Part shown: positions 17,028 through 20,000 of the stretch, piece by piece
How positions within the stretch are numbered: position 1 is the first letter of the stretch
Layout of the letters: each line of letters starts with the position of its first letter
IMG/VR virus record: IMGVR_UViG_3300050821_013558
Strand: one strand, 5' to 3'
From: an uncultured virus (IMG/VR IMGVR_UViG_3300050821_013558)
Taxonomy: Duplodnaviria; Heunggongvirae; Uroviricota; Caudoviricetes
Length of the DNA stretch: 20,000 nt
Position numbers and translations under genes: made by a program
Notes under the pieces: generated by a model
Told to the model about the DNA's origin: nothing
Seen by the model: only the letters and a program-made list of their open reading frames with translations
The model's database searches: none

Positions 17028-19465
17028 TAAAAAAACTCCTCCTTGTCGCGTTGCTCTTCCCGCTCTCGCTCGCCGCGCAGAGCACGTACACGGCTGCGTC
17101 GGCAGCTGAATCAGACGTGAATGCCGTGATCAACGGCCCCACGCATACGGCGATCAATGGCGACATCATCCAGATTCCCTGCTCAGGCACACAGTCCGTC
17201 ACCTGGACGAGCACGCTCACAATCTCGGCCAGCATCACGCTGACAGCTTTGGGGGCGACACCGAACACAGGGCCTTCAACCTTCGGCGCGGGAACCAATT
17301 GCCTGACCATCGTGGACAACGTGACGAGTGGATGGATGTTCTACCTCACGCCGACTTATGCATCTTCGAACAACGTCACCACGCTTCAGAACATGAACAT
17401 CGATCCCATTTCTTCGACAACGGCGCTTTATACGCCGATCACGATGGAAGGCACAGGCACATCAAGCGGGATGCCACAGGTCCGCATCGATAACATCGTT
17501 TTCGGCAAAGCAACGCAATGGTCGGGATCGGGGAACGGATCAAATGCTACACGTGCGCTGAATGTGGACAACGTGGTTGGCGTGGCAGATCACAATACGA
17601 TCCCTGTTGGCTCAGACATTTATTTCTACGAGGGCCAGATGTCCTCTTATCTGGGCGTCGGAGCTTACGGCGATAACTCGTGGGCGCAGCCGGATTCTTA
17701 TGGTACGGCAAACAACTGGTTCACTGAAAACAACCTGTTCAACACGAATGGAAACGCCAGCTACAACGACTGCACAGAGGGCGGCCCTTCAGTGTCTGAG
17801 AGCGGCGGCTGCAGGGTAGTAAACCGCTTCAATCAGATTGTTTCGAATGACAGTTTCCAGATCACGAGCGTCCACGGATTGGATACGACAGGCAGACCGC
17901 GCTCGGCAAGACACACGGAGACTTACGGGAACACTGAATCTTGCTCAGGCAACTGTCAGGACTTTGTGACATTTCGGGGCGGCACAGGAATGGTCTGGGG
18001 TAATACCGCGATTGCTTCCAATCCCGGCTCGTCCTACTGGAATCAGGTTTTCGACGCTACCACTTATCGAGTCGTTTACGCATCGTCCCCGTGGGGCGCT
18101 TGTGGTGGCCTGACCTCGCTCGATCCATTCGACACGGTTGATAACACGGTCTACTCCTCAGGAACAGTTTCGAGCGGCGGCGGGACCGACACGATCACGA
18201 CCTCGTTCAGTGTGGTTCCTTCGAACCTGGTACCTTCAGGTGCGCCCTATTCCGTCTACGATGTGACGCAGAATTTCGTTACCCAAGTTGTATCGAACAC
18301 CACAAACACCATCACCGTGCTGGGTAATATCCCCGAGCAGCCATGGGCATTCAACAACGGCGACTCCATCGAAATCATCCGTGCCACGGTCTGCATGGAT
18401 CAGAGCGGACGCGGGCAAGGCAACTACATCTCCGGCTCCAGCCCAAGCCCTTCGGCAGCCATCAATGAAGCTCTTGACCCCATCTATGAGTGGGACGACA
18501 CTTTTCCGACCTCCCCGTTCGTTCCGCTCTCGCAGCAGTACCTCGCGAATCAGAAGCAGACCATCGTCAACCGCGATTTCTACACCGACAACTGGAAGGG
18601 CAACAGCCTTACCGGGCCGGCAATTCAGACCAGCACCACCGCCCCCTTCAACGGGACGGGCACAAACGGAATTGGCGTGGGGTTTGGAACGCTGGCAAAT
18701 CGCCCCTCCACATGCACAAACGGCGTGCGCTACTTCGCCACCGATCAGGGCTCATGGAACACGAGCGGCAACGGATTCGGTTCAGGCCTCGGCTACAAGT
18801 GCATAAGCGGAAGCTGGTCGCAGGACTACACACCTTACGCCTATCCGCACCCGCTGATTTCAAGCACGCCACAGGTGGCGACTCCGACGTGTTCTCCGAC
18901 CTCAGGCACTCCGCCGCAGACAGTTACGTGCTCCGTCTCGACAGGTGGCGCGTCGATCTGTTACACCACAGACGGTTCGAATCCCACCGCTCCGGCCGCA
19001 GGAACGTGCTCAGGCGGGACGACAGCGACTTACTCAACCGCGCTCTTAATCTCAACCAATCCGACCACGTTACGAGTTATGGGCACCCTAGCAGCGAACC
19101 TGAATTCTGGCGTCCAGACTTACGTCTACACATCGAGCGGTGCCGCTGCAACACCAGTCTTTTCCCCTGTCAACGGCACGTACGCCTTTAACTATCCGGG
19201 CACGATCACCACATCGACCTCGGGCTGCAATCCCTACGTCTATTGGGGCATCCACAACCCTCCGACTACAGGCGACATCAACACGAATTCCTTCGTGATC
19301 AACGCGGCGGGCACGTACTACGCCATGGTGATCGGCTGCCCCGGCTATACGAACTCAGCGGTCGGCCAAGTGACGTATGCCATCAGTTCGGGCCCTCCTC
19401 CGCAACCTTCCGTGATCATCCTTTCCCAGATTCCCGTGACTTCGGGACCTCAAGGAGCGCAATGA
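17024..19465 (+). CDS. Secreted-type beta-helix-like protein with two C-terminal Fn3-associated/CHB_HEX_C-like domains (813 aa)
   Basis: ATGA overlap. N-terminus MIKKLLLVALLFPLSLAA|Q. Asn-ladder motifs (DHNTI, ENNLF, RFNQI, YGNT, WGNT), then 'YTPYAYPHPL', 'VATPTCSPTSGT..ASICYTTDGSNPT' (from 18875) and 'AATPVFSPVNGTY' (from ~19145). Confidence 0.8.
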   Translation: MIKKLLLVALLFPLSLAAQSTYTAASAAESDVNAVINGPTHTAINGDIIQIPCSGTQSVTWTSTLTISASITLTALGATPNTGPSTFGAGTNCLTIVDNVTSGWMFYLTPTYASSNNVTTLQNMNIDPISSTTALYTPITMEGTGTSSGMPQVRIDNIVFGKATQWSGSGNGSNATRALNVDNVVGVADHNTIPVGSDIYFYEGQMSSYLGVGAYGDNSWAQPDSYGTANNWFTENNLFNTNGNASYNDCTEGGPSVSESGGCRVVNRFNQIVSNDSFQITSVHGLDTTGRPRSARHTETYGNTESCSGNCQDFVTFRGGTGMVWGNTAIASNPGSSYWNQVFDATTYRVVYASSPWGACGGLTSLDPFDTVDNTVYSSGTVSSGGGTDTITTSFSVVPSNLVPSGAPYSVYDVTQNFVTQVVSNTTNTITVLGNIPEQPWAFNNGDSIEIIRATVCMDQSGRGQGNYISGSSPSPSAAINEALDPIYEWDDTFPTSPFVPLSQQYLANQKQTIVNRDFYTDNWKGNSLTGPAIQTSTTAPFNGTGTNGIGVGFGTLANRPSTCTNGVRYFATDQGSWNTSGNGFGSGLGYKCISGSWSQDYTPYAYPHPLISSTPQVATPTCSPTSGTPPQTVTCSVSTGGASICYTTDGSNPTAPAAGTCSGGTTATYSTALLISTNPTTLRVMGTLAANLNSGVQTYVYTSSGAAATPVFSPVNGTYAFNYPGTITTSTSGCNPYVYWGIHNPPTTGDINTNSFVINAAGTYYAMVIGCPGYTNSAVGQVTYAISSGPPPQPSVIILSQIPVTSGPQGAQ

Positions 19466-19926
19466 AAAGACTCAATTCAGCCGTTGTCTATTTTCTGTTC
19501 GTCATAGCGATCATGGCGCTGATTTGTGCGCGAGCTTACGGGCAGACCTGCTCGGTCGCCAACCCGTGCGTGCCGATCGGCTTCCCGAAAAGCACTGTTG
19601 GAGATACGATCACGCTTTATAAGTGCGTCGGCACGGCGGCTGTCTGCTCCCCGGCTGCCCTCGCCGCACAACTTGCAGGCGGAAACAGTCCCTTCAACAC
19701 GGTCGCATCGTTCCCCCTGAAAAGTCTGACAGCGACGGCCTATCAAGATCCCGAACCCTACGGGACGCTCGTCTATTACGCGGCGACAGATACCCCTTCA
19801 GGAGGTGCGGCAGGCCCTGTTAGTGCAATTGTGGCCTTTCAAATGCCCCAAGCTACGCAAATAACGCCCCCAACATTGACGGCGGGACCGGCGATGGCGA
19901 CGACGGGACCGGCTGGTCCGCAATGA
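19462..19926 (+). CDS. Small exported protein with Fn3/Ig-like domain (154 aa)
   Basis: SD AAGGAG and ATGA overlap. N-terminus MKRLNSAVVYFLFVIAIMALICARAYG|Q. 'TAYQD....GTLVYYAAT.....GPVS' resembles an Fn3 strand pattern. Two Cys pairs. Confidence 0.7.
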   Translation: MKRLNSAVVYFLFVIAIMALICARAYGQTCSVANPCVPIGFPKSTVGDTITLYKCVGTAAVCSPAALAAQLAGGNSPFNTVASFPLKSLTATAYQDPEPYGTLVYYAATDTPSGGAAGPVSAIVAFQMPQATQITPPTLTAGPAMATTGPAGPQ

Positions 19927-20000
19927 GCTGGAAAGACGACAGAGAGCGGCGAATTTTATTAATTCTGTTCTGGTGCGGGATTGTGGCGTTCTTTGCGATT
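19923..20000 (+). CDS. 5' end of membrane-anchored or exported protein (partial)
   Basis: ATGA overlap with the upstream stop. Reads MSWKDDRERRILLILFWCGIVAFFAI... (charged N-terminus then hydrophobic helix), open to the window end. Confidence 0.65.
   Translation, partial: MSWKDDRERRILLILFWCGIVAFFAI

Larger units (their letters stand above)
1..20000 (+). mobile_element. Podovirus-like phage/prophage virion morphogenesis module
   Basis: Unidirectional, tightly coupled gene order capsid - adaptor - nozzle - GNAT - ejection proteins - spikes. No tape measure, tube or sheath gene. No boundaries or integrase in the window, so free phage and prophage cannot be told apart. Confidence 0.85.

Noticed and set aside
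11932..19926. Diversity-generating retroelement target or invertible tail-fibre cassette
   Set aside because: No reverse transcriptase, recombinase, near-identical template/variable repeat pair or inverted repeats seen in the window.
1..20000. CRISPR array, tRNA, rRNA, integrase/att site, contractile injection system
   Set aside because: No regularly spaced repeats, RNA gene signatures, recombinase, sheath, tube or baseplate motifs detected by eye.
19923..20000. Holin call for the last ORF
   Set aside because: Only 26 codons are visible, so a holin cannot be told apart from another signal-peptide or membrane-anchored protein.

Overview
All supported genes lie on the + strand and form a tightly packed late (virion morphogenesis) operon of a podovirus-like phage or prophage. 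The order is: 3' end of the major capsid gene, a small structural protein, an intrinsic terminator, a Cys/His-rich DUF6527-like protein, a head-tail adaptor, a ~980-aa tail nozzle (P22 gp10 / T7 tubular B-like position), a GNAT acetyltransferase, a cupin-like protein, four internal/ejection-type proteins, then four large or medium Gly/Ser/Thr/Cys-rich fibre/spike-like proteins and a truncated membrane-anchored ORF. No tape measure, tail tube or sheath gene is visible. The most unusual feature is that all four genes in the tail fibre/spike position begin with Sec-type signal peptides predicted to cleave before Gln and encode Cys-rich proteins, which suggests exported, disulfide-bonded appendage proteins. 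Other points of interest: two ejection proteins share the N-terminus MSGT[IL]SATT just downstream of the GNAT, and a mutually exclusive hairpin pair covers the Shine-Dalgarno after the capsid gene. An Acidobacteria-like host is suggested by the style of the secreted proteins, but this is inference. All family calls come from motif recognition and gene order, not database searches.
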